Source: Enoplolaimus lenunculus
Lineage: Eukaryota
NCBI GenBank assembly: GCA_030248215.1
Contig: JASANG010004128.1
Location: 124,001 to 188,000 of the forward strand
Reading direction: 5' to 3'
DNA: 64,000 nucleotides
The notes beneath the pieces are model-generated. The model worked only from the letters and a program-made list of their open reading frames with translations, did no database searches and was not told the origin of the DNA. A program made the translations under genes and the position numbers. Positions 1-12,086 of the stretch are shown in pieces (within the stretch, counting starts at the first letter, position 1; every line of letters starts with the position of its first letter).

Positions 1-231
1 AAAATGGTCCAAAATTACAAGTTTAACGCAGATGGTTGAAATGATTTTCATCCACTCGCGGAATATTTGCGAGTATAGAGTTCTTTATTTTAAGCACTCA
101 AATCGCCACCCATCTTGCCATCTGTTTCCGATACGTTTGCAGCCTTTCATTGCGAACATATCAGATTCTGACATTTTAAACGGAAAAAGGCTTAAAATTC
201 GATCGAAGCATTTGCATTTCAAGGAATCCTA

Positions 232-390
232 CACTGTAAAAAATCAGGAGTCAAATCGACTCTCTTCGGAAATAGGCTTTTCCTGACTACACAAACCGAG
301 TCAAATTTGACTCCGCCAAAGTCAAATTCGACTCACTGAGCGATTCAATGAATCGAATTTGACTCTGGCGGAGTCGAATTTTGACTCCGT
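232..390. mobile_element. Truncated copy of CACTG-ended palindromic MITE (same family as 39642-39851 and 41984-42180)
   Basis: Begins TA|CACTGTAAAAAATCAGGAGTCAAATCGACTC and shares the GAGTCAAATT(T)GACTC motifs; right end missing. Confidence 0.75.
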
Positions 391-734
391 AATATCAATT
401 TCGTTAAATTTTGTCTGTTTTGCAATATCAGCAGCGCATGGCGGTGATATGGAACAGAAGGTACGTTAATAACCATTGGTGCGTAGTTAAAAATGTGAAA
501 ATTTTGTAACACTATATACACCTAAAAGATGTGTCGTTTAGAAACTTATGTGACAAAATGTAGTTGACGCCACAGCAAGTTTGCACCCATTATGCCACTG
601 CGTATATACAACTGCGTTGTTCATCTCCTCCGAGATAACTCTGGCAGGGGTTTATCACTAGTCTTGGTACGAAATTGTATATTGATTACTGCACTAGTAT
701 AGTTAAGCACAATTTCTAGTTTCTTGACAAAGTT

Positions 735-820
735 CGGTTTCATGCAGGACGGCGCCCTGCTTAAATTCGATCTTTTTCAGTGGCATTTTTCTGGTCTGGG
801 TGCCTCGAACCACATTGTCA
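735..820 (+). pseudogene. Possible degenerate Tc1/mariner-type transposase fragment
   Basis: TTC ATG CAG GAC GGC GCC reads FMQDGA, resembling the F(Q/M)QDGAP catalytic-Asp motif, followed by a decayed DL..FF.W-like segment. No ORF; very short. Confidence 0.25.
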
Positions 821-3061
821 AGTCCCTGCTTATAACACACAGTGTTCGAGCCATATTTTAAAATTCAAATTTGACTACGGAAGGATTATAGGAAGCTACG
901 ATCATTAAATTTCAAACAGCACTATTTTTAGGCAAATTTAGGCTGGGGACAATAATGCATACCATCCAGTATTTTTTGTTTTGTTGATTTCAAGGCAATG
1001 CCACCAATACCAAGCTTGCTTTTTTATATCAAACGAAATACAATATTCATTTCGACTATATTAAATGGAAGTAGTTTTAGGTCTCTTTTTTACAAAAATG
1101 ATTGTACTAAATTTATTAATACTGGCGTACGGCCTTGCGATCAACTACTATAATGTTAATATTATTGGCAGGATTATATCATTCATTAAGATATTGCATT
1201 AATTTAGCTTTGTTTCTCGTTCGATACTGGCTGTAAAACAGCTTATCGGTGCAACATTAATCGGGTGTTCACTCCGTTAATACAGTTAGGATTAATTTTC
1301 TATGTGACCGAGCATGTAGCAAAACGTTGGCCAGGGTTGCATAGCTCTGCTAATAAAATTTTGACTCTCTCTAGAAATGTTTAACCTCTATTTCGAAATC
1401 TTGTGACATCAGCCACATACCTCTCTTAATATATACATTCTAACAGGTCCGCAGCTAGCTTAACCTACTGTATATCGGGGCAAAACAATATTAGGAGTGG
1501 CGTGCTGTTGAAATATCAAGTTTACTAGTGGGGCTACAACTGTTTACCTTTACGGGACAGAATTTTTCTAGGAGTAAAGACACTGAGTTCTCTGGGAACC
1601 CTTCTGATTACAGGTACATTCCATAGTTAATACAAATGCTCCAGTCGTTCATATCAAATATCTTAAAACCACTTACGGTGTAGTATCTCAGTTTATCTTA
1701 ATTTTTCTTCAACTTGTGTCAATTCTTCTCACTTGGCATATGCTTGACGGCTGTTAAAAGCTGACACGAGAGAAGAGCTAAGAAATAGACTGATAGCTAA
1801 CGCCAAGAGTAGCTGATGCCTATTTCAACAAGAGTGTGCAACTTCGCAGATTCTGTGCAGAACAGAATATACGGGCACGCATTGCGTTTTCCCCCTACCC
1901 CCACTTTATTTAGAGGGGGGTAAAACCTGTGCGTACCATGACACTTTATGTATCCGGCAACAAAAATTGCTCCGCTTCTAGTTTTAGGGTTATTGCATAA
2001 GACAACGACCCCCATTTAAACAGAGGGTCAGAGGGGGGTCGGCCAGAAATGCAACGGCCGGTGGTACATGTTGTATCTTGCGGACCCCAAAGAGTTGCAC
2101 ACTGCTGTATTATGCACTCTTGCTAAAATAACAATTCGAAAATTAAAATTTCCCTCATATCGAACACGTAGGTACGTGTGCATTCAGAGCTTTGATTGTT
2201 GCTTGCAAAATTTACGCCCACAAAGCTGCAAGTTATACTGCTTGCCATTTCGTTTTCAATTAAATAAGTACTCAATTACCGTTTCTCTTATAAATACCTT
2301 GCATGTACAAAAGTTGAAGCGGAAAGTAATCTTTGAGTAATTTTATATATATTATGATCAATTTGAACTGCCATACCACTGATGAGATTTGGATGCAGAA
2401 ATTTCGCTCCAACTAAAATTTCGATAATCGAGGCGCAGGGCCATATCATACTGATGAAAAGCGTACGAACTGTGAAATTAATAACGGTTTTAGGCAAATT
2501 ATTTGGTAACGTATAGCCAAACAAACATCAACATGTTGATCTTATTATTCGAGTAGTGCCCTTAGTTGCTAACTGGGGCAAATAGGTGTTTGCGAGCACG
2601 ACATACCTATACTTCGTTGCTATGGCATAAATAAATGTTAAATGCATACTACCAATAATTTATGAGACCAAATTATAACTTATGCAACGTTGCTCTTTGG
2701 AAACCCTTCTGCCAACCTTTTTGGTATCAAATACTACACTGTCAAAATTTTGGCGAATATCAACAAGTTGCCAAGCCCCCATGCGCGCATTTACAGTTGC
2801 AAATATTCAGTCACTTGGAGACATCTATAACGCGCGAGACCATTAGTCACCATATTTTAATCATTTGCAAGTTTACGAGGTGTTTTGCTAGTTTTATTAA
2901 ATTTCTTACTCCATATTTACAGATCGTAGCAAATTATTTTATGAGATAATTTGTTTCAACTGTACATAAGAGGCTTGACAATTTTCGCATTGCGATTCAA
3001 TCGTGATAATCTTTAAAATTTGTGCAAAACGCGTGTGTTCTTGGACAACAAACATTTCATC

Positions 3062-6000
3062 ATGATCATCAGGTATATATCTGTGTTTTTTCAAGTATAT
3101 ATTTACATCTATTTACCAGGACGTAACTTTATATCTGTTTTTGTTTGTGTTGCTTCCGGTGAAAATTGGTATCCGTTTCCGTTATGCGAGCACCGAAAAT
3201 ACTAATATTTCTTGCGCTCGTAATCTGCTGTGAATTCCAGTGTAATTGTTAATATATTATTAGCGCTATCGTTGGACAACTATTCGATTTAAATAAATTC
3301 AACCAATTTTAAATCCCAGATCTTCAACCAGCGGATCTCCCAATTTTATGCAAATTTTGGTAACAAGTAAAAAATGGTCTTTAGTTCAATTCTGTTTAAC
3401 ACTCTTTAAGCTTAAATTTCTCAATGTATCAAATTTTAAAGCATACTATTGTACCATACCGAATGCAATATGTGTATCTTTTATAAGTTGCACCACGTTC
3501 GGTCTAGTGACAATTTTGAAACAAACGCCAAACAGTTCAATTTAGAAGCTATAATTTTTAGCAAAACTTTACATTTCAGCGAGAAAAGTTGCTCGATTAG
3601 ATGAAACTTATACACCTCTACTTAACTTGTGAAATTGCGGTATTTGTATGAGCCTCAGGCTCCCTAATTTAGATCTTACTCTGTTCGAATAAAATATAAT
3701 TTTATTTGTATTCAGATTCGATTTGCTCACTGCAATCATTTTGTTTTTCTCTGAACTACCAACAGTTCACTCAGATTCAGCAGAGTCACTTGCGCTTCCA
3801 GGATTGGACAAGTACGTTGTTTATAAACGTTAATATTCAGTTTATTAAAGAACAACGCCGGCTTTGTAGTTGCACAAAATTAGATTGGTCGCATCATAGT
3901 TTATTTTAGATTTTTCTTTTAGTTTAAATTCATTTCAAGCGTATTGCGTTCATATTCGACTTATTCGTGCTTCATTTACAAATCAGCTGACAAAGAGTTT
4001 GGCCCATGTTACTTTAAGGGTCGTCCCGGTTTCTGGTGGGTCTATAAACGTGTAGGTTTAGAATCTAGATTACATTTTTTGCTTAGGCGTAGGCTTAGGA
4101 ACTCATTTTTGCACGCGTTACGCTCAGGCTCAGGCTTAGAAATACGCCTAATCTACTGTTACACCCCCAAAGTAACATTGGCCACGAGTTTTATCAACGG
4201 TCTTGATTTAAACAGACCGGCGCTTGTACACTTTCCCCACAATTTTGGAAATAGGTTACGCCATATATATTTAGCATAGACTTAGGCGTCAATTTAGGAT
4301 TACGCTGAGGCTTATGTTTACATAAGCGTAAGGTGGAATGTGTACACAGGTACCAAACCAAACCTAAGTCAAAAGATTTCTAGTTGTATATTTAATAGAA
4401 ACGAGCGGTACATGAATTTTACCCGCGTTTTGCAAAATCTACTCAAGAATTATGATCGAAGGCTCAGACCGAAATTTGGAGGTATGTATGTGTTATTTCA
4501 ACGGCTGTTTAAGTATAAGTTTGTTTTAATGAGCTTACCATTCACCTTTCGCATTGTGAACCAATGGTAATTTGTTATACTCTGAACGCGAATGGGTCTA
4601 TGACTTCAAGGTACGTCCGCCCTGATTCATCATCCTTGATGGTTCCCAGTTGTCTGAAATAATATGTCGCGCTTACTTTGCGAAAAGTAACTTTAATCTG
4701 TATACAAGTCTATGATTAAGGGCTGCCTACGATACTTCTTTATAATAAACTCGTTACATCACGGAAACAACGGTTATTTTGGGTTTTCAGATGAACCTGT
4801 TGATGTCTTGGTAACAATGCATGTGTCAAGTATTAGCCATGTATCTGAAACCGATATGGTAAGAGCAAATCTTTCCAAAGTTATTGCGTTTGTCACACAC
4901 TTCATGTTGAGCATTTTTGAAAATTTTACAAATGCTTTTCCGCAAAGAATATTGAATTGTAATCCAAGTTGGAAACCTGTAACATTTAAATGTACGGTGC
5001 GATGGCCGTGCATTGAACGGGAGGGCGGGCTCATAACCATAAGGAACCGGAGTGAGCTCAACTCCCTGGAAAACTTTTGACTAGAGGGAGGCCTAGAAAC
5101 CGAGGTTTTAACCAATCTGTTACGTTTTGGTACTACGGCAATTAATTTGACTAAGGAATAAGAATCCTTTTACAAATTACAACACAAAATAAAAGCATAA
5201 AGTGCCCATAAGGCTCTAATCAATATTCAATTTTGACATAGGTTGTTAAAATTACTAACTTTCTTCGGAATCAAACGATAAGTAGTAAAGTGCGCATGAG
5301 GCTAGAAAGAAAGTGTAATCGTCAAGTTATCAACCTTGTACTACCCTAGAACACTTACAATTAATGCTGACGACGTTAGTTTGGATGCGATCTGTCTATT
5401 GACATATCATCTTCGTCCCCGATCAAAAATTCAAAGCAGAGTAAAATTTCACGGCTAAGGTTGCAAACAATAAAATGATTCGTAGTCTGAAATCAACAGA
5501 AACTAACATAAGGCAAATGCAAACAAAATTTTCGCACCACACCAAACTAACTAAAACCTGCTTCTTTTATAGCATGAAATTTCTTCAAAACAAATTAATA
5601 GGCTCATTAGCCTTATAAATTTATGCTATTTTTAAATTTTGGTCTTTTAATTTTTAGACAGCAAGTTTAAGATTATTATTTATTGCTTGAGTGAACAATC
5701 GTGTTAAGATTTCTCCTGTTACTGCTAAAAAACAACACTGGCACCCGATAAGCGTTATACGTTTCTAACAATCTGATTAATAACATCATTAGCAATGAAA
5801 CTTGAAGTTTTTCAAGGTTGTACAAAAACTTTTACGTTTCACTAAATTCAAGTTATGTTACAGCTCAATTTTCTGCCTTGCCAAGAAACTTTATGAAGTA
5901 AAGATAATTAAGAAAATTCGTACTTGTAAATTTTGTAAGTTTATAAAAATAATCACTTTGTTTTTGAACCAAAGCACCTAAACAACAGCCATTTATACAA

Positions 6001-9000
6001 ACTAATTACGAATGTTTGCAACTTAATGTTCACGATGACAACTCTAAAGTTCATCCTAGTCCAACGTAAGTCTATCAGTATAAAGACTATACGGCAAAAA
6101 GAAATAGTCACTTAGAGTTATTCATTATTTTATGAAAAACAGAAACATACTACCGCTGTTGAAAAAACAAAATTCAAGAAGGTCCATATGCAATTAACCC
6201 TAGATTTGCAGGTGGTCCGCAATAAATCTAAATGGATTTCTATCAGCTACAGTTATGGCCTCACTTAGCGATCATTATTAACGCTTTACCAATTTTATCT
6301 TAAACCTAATATTCGGTCTTTTTGTCAGTGCGGGCCGCTTCCGGACCAAATTCTTCTGCATGCCATTGTTCGGCAGTGGTTTGTTTGTCTGAAGACATGT
6401 TTTATTCTTGCAGGCATTCACTGTTGACTTTTATCTACGACAGTTTTGGTCCGACGAACGTTTAACGTTTTCTCGTGCAGACAGTACACGTGACATTACT
6501 GTCGGAATTGATTTACTGAGTCAAATTTGGAAGCCTGATACATTTTTTCCGAACGAAAAACAAGCATCTTTTCATACAGCAACGACGCACAATTCATTTC
6601 TCCGAATTACGCCGAAAGGTGAAATTCTAAGCAGTCAACGGTAAGAATACAAACAGTTACATACGAGCTGCATTTGATAATCATGATCAACTCACATTGT
6701 TGTGAATGATCTAGACGAATACAGGGAAATATGATGAGGATCTTTTTTGTTGTCAACTCCGAGCCAGCGTTCGTCTAAAATTGATCGGATTTTGACAAGT
6801 TTTGCATATCAGAACTTCTTTTGAACCATTCGAATAATTTCACATTCAAATTACAATTTTTGAAAACTTGATTTCCAAGTTTACCTTTAATAGTTTGCTG
6901 CACACACAGTGTCATGCCTATTGCCACCTACTTTCCAGAGGGCAGGCATCTGCCACCCCAAAATAAAACACGTCCACCATGAGATATCAAAAAAAATTTG
7001 GACCTTCGGCGCAGTTCGAATCAAGCATTTGCGTTATGCTCACTTATTTGGATTAGCGCTCGTTTTTGTTAATTTTTCGGCTATAATATATCGCGTTCCG
7101 CGTACATGTCTCGCTCGCCGCGGCCTTGCGCATGCTTTATCTCATTCATATTTTACGAGTTAAAACCGTTTTGGATTTCTACAACTGTCTAGTTTCAGGC
7201 TCACTGTGAAAGCTGGTTGTCCAATGGCTTTGCATCGGTTTCCGTTTGATTCGCAAAATTGCACTTTGCAACTTGAAAGTTGTAAGTGACGAAGAACAGT
7301 TATATATTTTACTTTAAAATGTTTGATATTATTTGGAAAATAGAACTGAAGCCATAAATACTGCAGTCTGACTTGACAGGATTCATACCAACGGTATGCT
7401 AATCAGCATGGTGTAAACGAATAGTAAAAATAACGGAAACAGAAACGATAAGTAAAGCAATTAATTTTTTTCTAATAATTTATATAAAGTTAATAATCTG
7501 GATATTAATTTGAAAATTGTAAATTTCGCATTCTGGCGAAAGGTGAACCAAATAGAAAAATAGTGGGCAACAAATAAAATATCGCCCGGAAGTAGAACTG
7601 CAATTGTTATATCGCCCTATGCCATTATGCAGCATATTACCAGCCTCGGTTATTCAGAATGTTTTTGGTAATGGCCCTCGTGTTGTACCAAGCTCTCAGC
7701 CAGTTGATTAACTATTTTTATAGTTTTTGTTGATTTGCTCGCGTTTAAATTACTTACGGTATGCAAAGCATAGGCGTAGCCTGGATTTCAGAAATAGAAC
7801 AGTTACGTTCTATAAATAATTTGAAGTTGGATTCTTGTGCTGCAAACTGAAATCGTGTCTAAAAACAAAAGTACAAAAATCATAAAGCGGAAGGTCTTCA
7901 CATCTGAACCACGCACGCCCATGGCACAAAGTTTTGTTTTTGCAGATGGATACGGAATAGAAGACATTAACTATAACTGGCACTATGACGAAAGTCCGTT
8001 CACAATTTCGGAAGACTTAAATCTTCCACAGTTTATGGTTGACAACGTGACAATTAGTCGAAGGGTTGTCTATTTAAGCACTGGTAAATAAACGCGGTTG
8101 AAGTTTGGGAAGTGAAAACTGCGCTGTATGGCAGAAAATGTGCAAAAATATTTAAAGCTAAAACAACCAAAATATGGTCATCGTAGTTTTTTCTTTGCGC
8201 ATCCAGGTCACGCTCTACAAAATCAAATATTCTTACGATTTTGGTTAGTACTATATTAAGGTGAGTTAACATTAATAAACTTGAAGATATGAATGTAAAT
8301 TGTTTAGAGACTACACAGAAAAACGGTAAAGTCCAATTGACGCGTGCAAGTTTTTTGCAGCGAGAACTTGTAACTGCCACTTGCACGAAATACTTGCAGC
8401 GGTAAGTATTTTCAAAGGAACATTCCGACTGACCAATGAAATTGCAGTTGCAAGAAATTCAAGCGACTTACAACTGCGTTGCGTTCACAGCTGCGAATTA
8501 AATTAAATAGCACAAGTTCCAGTGAAAAATTGCAGTTGCAAGAACTTCAAACTTACTTTGTGACCAAACTTGCGCGTGCAAGTTGCAAGTGCAAGTTTTT
8601 GCTGCAAAAACTTGAACGTGTGAATAGGCCCGAAAATGTTAGCTTTTACATTAGAACATGCAAACCAGCAACAATTATTTGATAAAGTGACGCGTTTCCC
8701 TGGTAACAAGATCGATTATGGAGTGTTTCTAGTTCCATTCTCGGTAGTGTCACTAAACGCGTCAGAGGTGTGTTTGGTAATTCAGGTGGATATTCACGAC
8801 TGTACATACACTTTTTGTTCAAACGCGACATCGGCTTCTACCTCATGCAAGTTTATTTACCAAGTATTGTAATTGTGGTTATATCGCAATTATCTCTATG
8901 GTTTCCACCGTATTTAATCGGAGATCGAATCCAGTTGTGCTTTACAGCAGTCCTCACTATGACAGTGTTGATGACAACAACAGCTGGCAATTTTCCAAAA

Positions 9001-10665
9001 GTAGGTATACAGTATTAATACTACTAAATAGCGAAGGCCAATTTGTGCATGAGCGCCGCTATTACGCTGGTTTTGTGTGTGCAAGTTTTGCGGGGTTCAC
9101 GTTATAACTGGGGCAGTCGGGTCACGTTTTGTCACATGTTGAGTCGACACCAACATAAATTTTTGTTACCATCATATGATACGGACAGACAAAGGAATTT
9201 TTGCGCCAAAATTTAAATTTCCCGCCAAAATTTGAATTTTCCGCCAAATTTTGAATTTTCCCGTCTAAATTTGAATTTGCCGCCAAAGTTTGAATTTTCC
9301 TGTCAAAATTTAAATTTCCCGCCAAAATCTGAATTTCCCGCCAAAATTTGAATTTTTCCGCCAAAATTTGAATTTCCGCCAAAATTTGAATTTCCCGCCA
9401 AAATTTGAAGTTTCCCGCCAAAATTAAAATTTTCCTTATTTACATTTTCTTGTAATATCATATGAAACTAACGGCTTATGTCGATTAGAATCATATGATA
9501 CTCCAAACCTACTTATGCAACTGACTCAGTAGACATTTTCAAAATGATCATATGATATTGACAGGCAAACATAGGGAATATCACATGATATTGAAAGACA
9601 AAACGTGACTGATACGTGATGTTAGCAGACAACCGCTGTTTTTTGAATATCATATTGGGTTACATCGCAGACAAAGTGTTACCCAATATATACAACGTGA
9701 CAAAAACTGGCCCAGCTGCACCATTTATAACGTGAACCGAGCATGAGGTCAAGTGGATAAAAGTTTAGTTATGTAAAAATGCTTGAGGAACGCAGGCCGG
9801 TGCTCTTTAACCTGAGAAAGGTGGAATTGTGCCTGCCTGCTACTCATCTACGTTTAGCTAAAATATCAGATAGATTTGCCCTATATGTCGTAATCAATTA
9901 GGAGTTATAAGTGTTCACGGCACGACAGGAAGAATTTAGTAAAATAACTTTAAACATAGTAAAAGTTCATTGCAAAACATAACGATTGCCTTGAATAGAA
10001 ATATGTTTCAGATTTCATATGTGAAAGCGATCGATATATTCCTGATGGTTAGTTTCGTGCTGATATTCTTAATTCTGATCGAAAGCTGTCTGGTGGCATT
10101 TGCAACTAAATTAGCGGAAGAAGCTGCGCAGTCTGAGTCTTTAAATTCACTAGAAAGCAGCAAGTCGAAAGAAAAATATCAAAGCTCTGGTGATTATGAA
10201 CCCAGTTGTGATTCGTTCGCAGACGTATCGTCGAGGTTTTTACCTGAACACAGCAACGGAGCACAACAATCACCCACGATGACGCCTAGAGTACACAAAA
10301 ACTGCAAGACTCGCTCGCGGATGCCCAACATTGTTAGTCCTGATTCAAAAGAAACCAACATCGATGATAACGAACGAAACGTTGATTTATCGTCACCGGA
10401 TAACCTTCATCATATCAAGGGCGATTGTCAAGAACCCCCTGCAGCACACGATGACATGGCAAAAAGGTCGCAAGCTAAAAGTGACCGCTGGAAGGCTGAT
10501 TTGAAATCTAAGACGGACATTGCTGATTCGCCGTTGAAAAGAATTGTACGCTGCATTTTAAACGCGACCTATATCGATCGCGTTAGTCGATTTGTTTTTC
10601 CGACGTTTTATGTTGTCTTTAACGCAATATACTGGGCAGTGTACTTGCCGTACAGTGTTCACTAG
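3062..10665 (+). CDS. Cys-loop ligand-gated ion channel subunit, GABA receptor UNC-49/RDL-like (~524 aa, 9 coding exons)
   Basis: Exons 3062-3072, 3716-3811, 4399-4481, 4791-4858, 6414-6640, 7199-7281, 7946-8083, 8786-9000, 10012-10665; all GT-AG and phase-consistent. Signal peptide MIIRFDLLTAIILFFSELPTVHS, YDRRLRP, FTVDFYLRQFW (loop D), IWKPDTFFPNEK..FHTATTHNSFLRI (UNC-49-like), Cys-loop CPMALHRFPFDSQNC, ESYGY (loop B), STGGYSRL (loop C), M1-M3, ISYVKAIDIF, long M3-M4 loop, M4 IDRVSRFVFP..FNAIYW. The first two exons are less certain than the rest. Confidence 0.92.
4055..4330. repeat. Degenerate (TTAGGC)n-like repeat element; related tracts at 42207-42355, 61675-61722 and 63360-63390
   Basis: Examples: GCTTAGGCGTAGGCTTAGG, CAGGCTCAGGCTTAG, AAGCCTAAGCGTAAGC. 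The unit matches the nematode telomeric hexamer TTAGGC. Confidence 0.55.
8335..8630. mobile_element. Imperfect palindromic MITE-like element built from TGCAAGT/ACTTGCA motifs
   Basis: Left arm CGCGTGCAAGTTTTTTGCAGCGAGAACTTG and right arm CAAGTTTTTGCTGCAAAAACTTGAACGTG are approximate reverse complements; lies in intron 7 of the channel gene. Confidence 0.55.
9089..9743. mobile_element. TIR (foldback/MITE) element containing an 18-19 bp minisatellite
   Basis: Left end TGCGGGGTTCACGTTATAACTGGGGCAGTCGGG..TTTTGTCAC pairs with right end GTGACAAAAACTGGCCCAGCTGCACCATTTATAACGTGAACCGAGCA. Confidence 0.7.
9204..9432. repeat. Minisatellite, about 12 copies of GCCAAAATTTGAATTTCCC
   Basis: Directly visible tandem array; it explains the repetitive ORF 9122-9421. 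Confidence 0.9.
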
Positions 10666-11010
10666 AGTGCTCTGCTTTATGAAGGATATTTTATTATTTT
10701 AAAAGTGTTGCATTTCACAGGCAAATGCGGGCGTATTTGTATAGCATATACAAGCTACCGGTTAGTAGAAGCCTTGACTCGCAACTGTAAGACTGCGGCA
10801 ATTGCGAACAGTAATTGAAAAGAAGCTGTCTACACTGAGACTTCAGTATATTAAGATTTTCGAAGTACTTTGATGTGAAGATTTGCTTCGCGAGCTGGTT
10901 TCGCCGAACGATTATTTATATTATATTAGGTTCATAACAAGCTGCGTAAATATTTTTATTGATTGATTAATCCGAATAATATTCAAGCTGAAACTTGAAA
11001 TTTATAATTA

Positions 11011-12086
11011 TGCGCCGTACACAATAATTTTGTCAACGGGCCACAAAATATGCCATAGCCCAAGGCTATCACGAAGTCATTTTCAAAATGACCTCGTGAT
11101 AGCCTTGGGCTATAAGCGAAATCGCTTATAGCTCAGGGCTATCACGTGTCAGCCCCGTCCTCGAAACTCGTGATAGCCCTGAGCTATCAAAAATTTCCTC
11201 TTCTATATATATTTATATTCATAAAACACATATGTTTATGTGTGTTATGAAACGTGATACCAACAAATTCAATTTTAAAATTTTAATCCTCTGCTCTGCA
11301 CGCTAGCTCAAAACATTGGCTCCCTCTCTTTCATATCTTAGCAGTAAAATTTTATATATTTCATATCTTTTTAGCAATAAAACTAGCTGACCGTTTTATG
11401 CTGTGGTAGGGTAGACTTAGGCCCATCTCTTTTATACCATAAAATTTGAGTATAGCGTATATATTCATAAGACTTAAGAGCCCTCTGGCCAAATACGGGG
11501 CGTCCAGTTTTAAGCTTGGTCTATAAAAGATTAGGTTTATTCTAGATTATATTGTTTACTTAGGCTTATGCTTCGGCGTACGAACCCGTATTTGTATCGC
11601 TTACGCTTTTACGCTTTATATACGCCCCTAAAAGTAAACATTGGCTCCCTCTTTCATATGCAGTTTCATATCTTTAGCAGTAAAACTAGCTGACCGGCCA
11701 ACTGACCTAGCAGTAAAGGGTAAATGGCCTATATCTTTCATACCATAAAATTTTCCATCTTCCTCAAAATTTTGAAAATCGAACGGTGCCACAAAATTTG
11801 CCCTAGTTCAGGGCTAAAACGAATATTTGCAAATTTTAAGATATGTAACTTGATAGGTTTGTGTGTTGTTTGTGTGTTAATTTGCGTTGTGTGCGTTTGT
11901 ATTGTGTTTGTGTATGTGGTGTGTGTGGCTAAAATCGAGGTGGTTTGTGATAGCTCAGGGCTATCACGAGTTTCGGGGACGGGGCTGACACGTGATAGCC
12001 CTGAGCTATAAGCGATTTCGCTTATAGCCCAAGGCTATCACGAGGTCATTTGTGGCACCGTTGACAAAATTATTGTGAACGGCGCA
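11011..12086. mobile_element. Non-autonomous DNA transposon with long (~140-180 bp) TIRs, TTA TSD
   Basis: TTA|TGCGCCGTACACAATAATTTTGTCAACGG ... CCGTTGACAAAATTATTGTGAACGGCGCA|TTA. Both arms carry the CGTGATAGCCYTGRGCTATAAGCGAAATCGCTTATAGC palindrome. No transposase ORF. Confidence 0.85.

Noticed and set aside
9122..9421. Repetitive 99-aa ORF (KFWREIQILA..)
   Set aside because: Translation of the minisatellite on the antisense strand of an intron.
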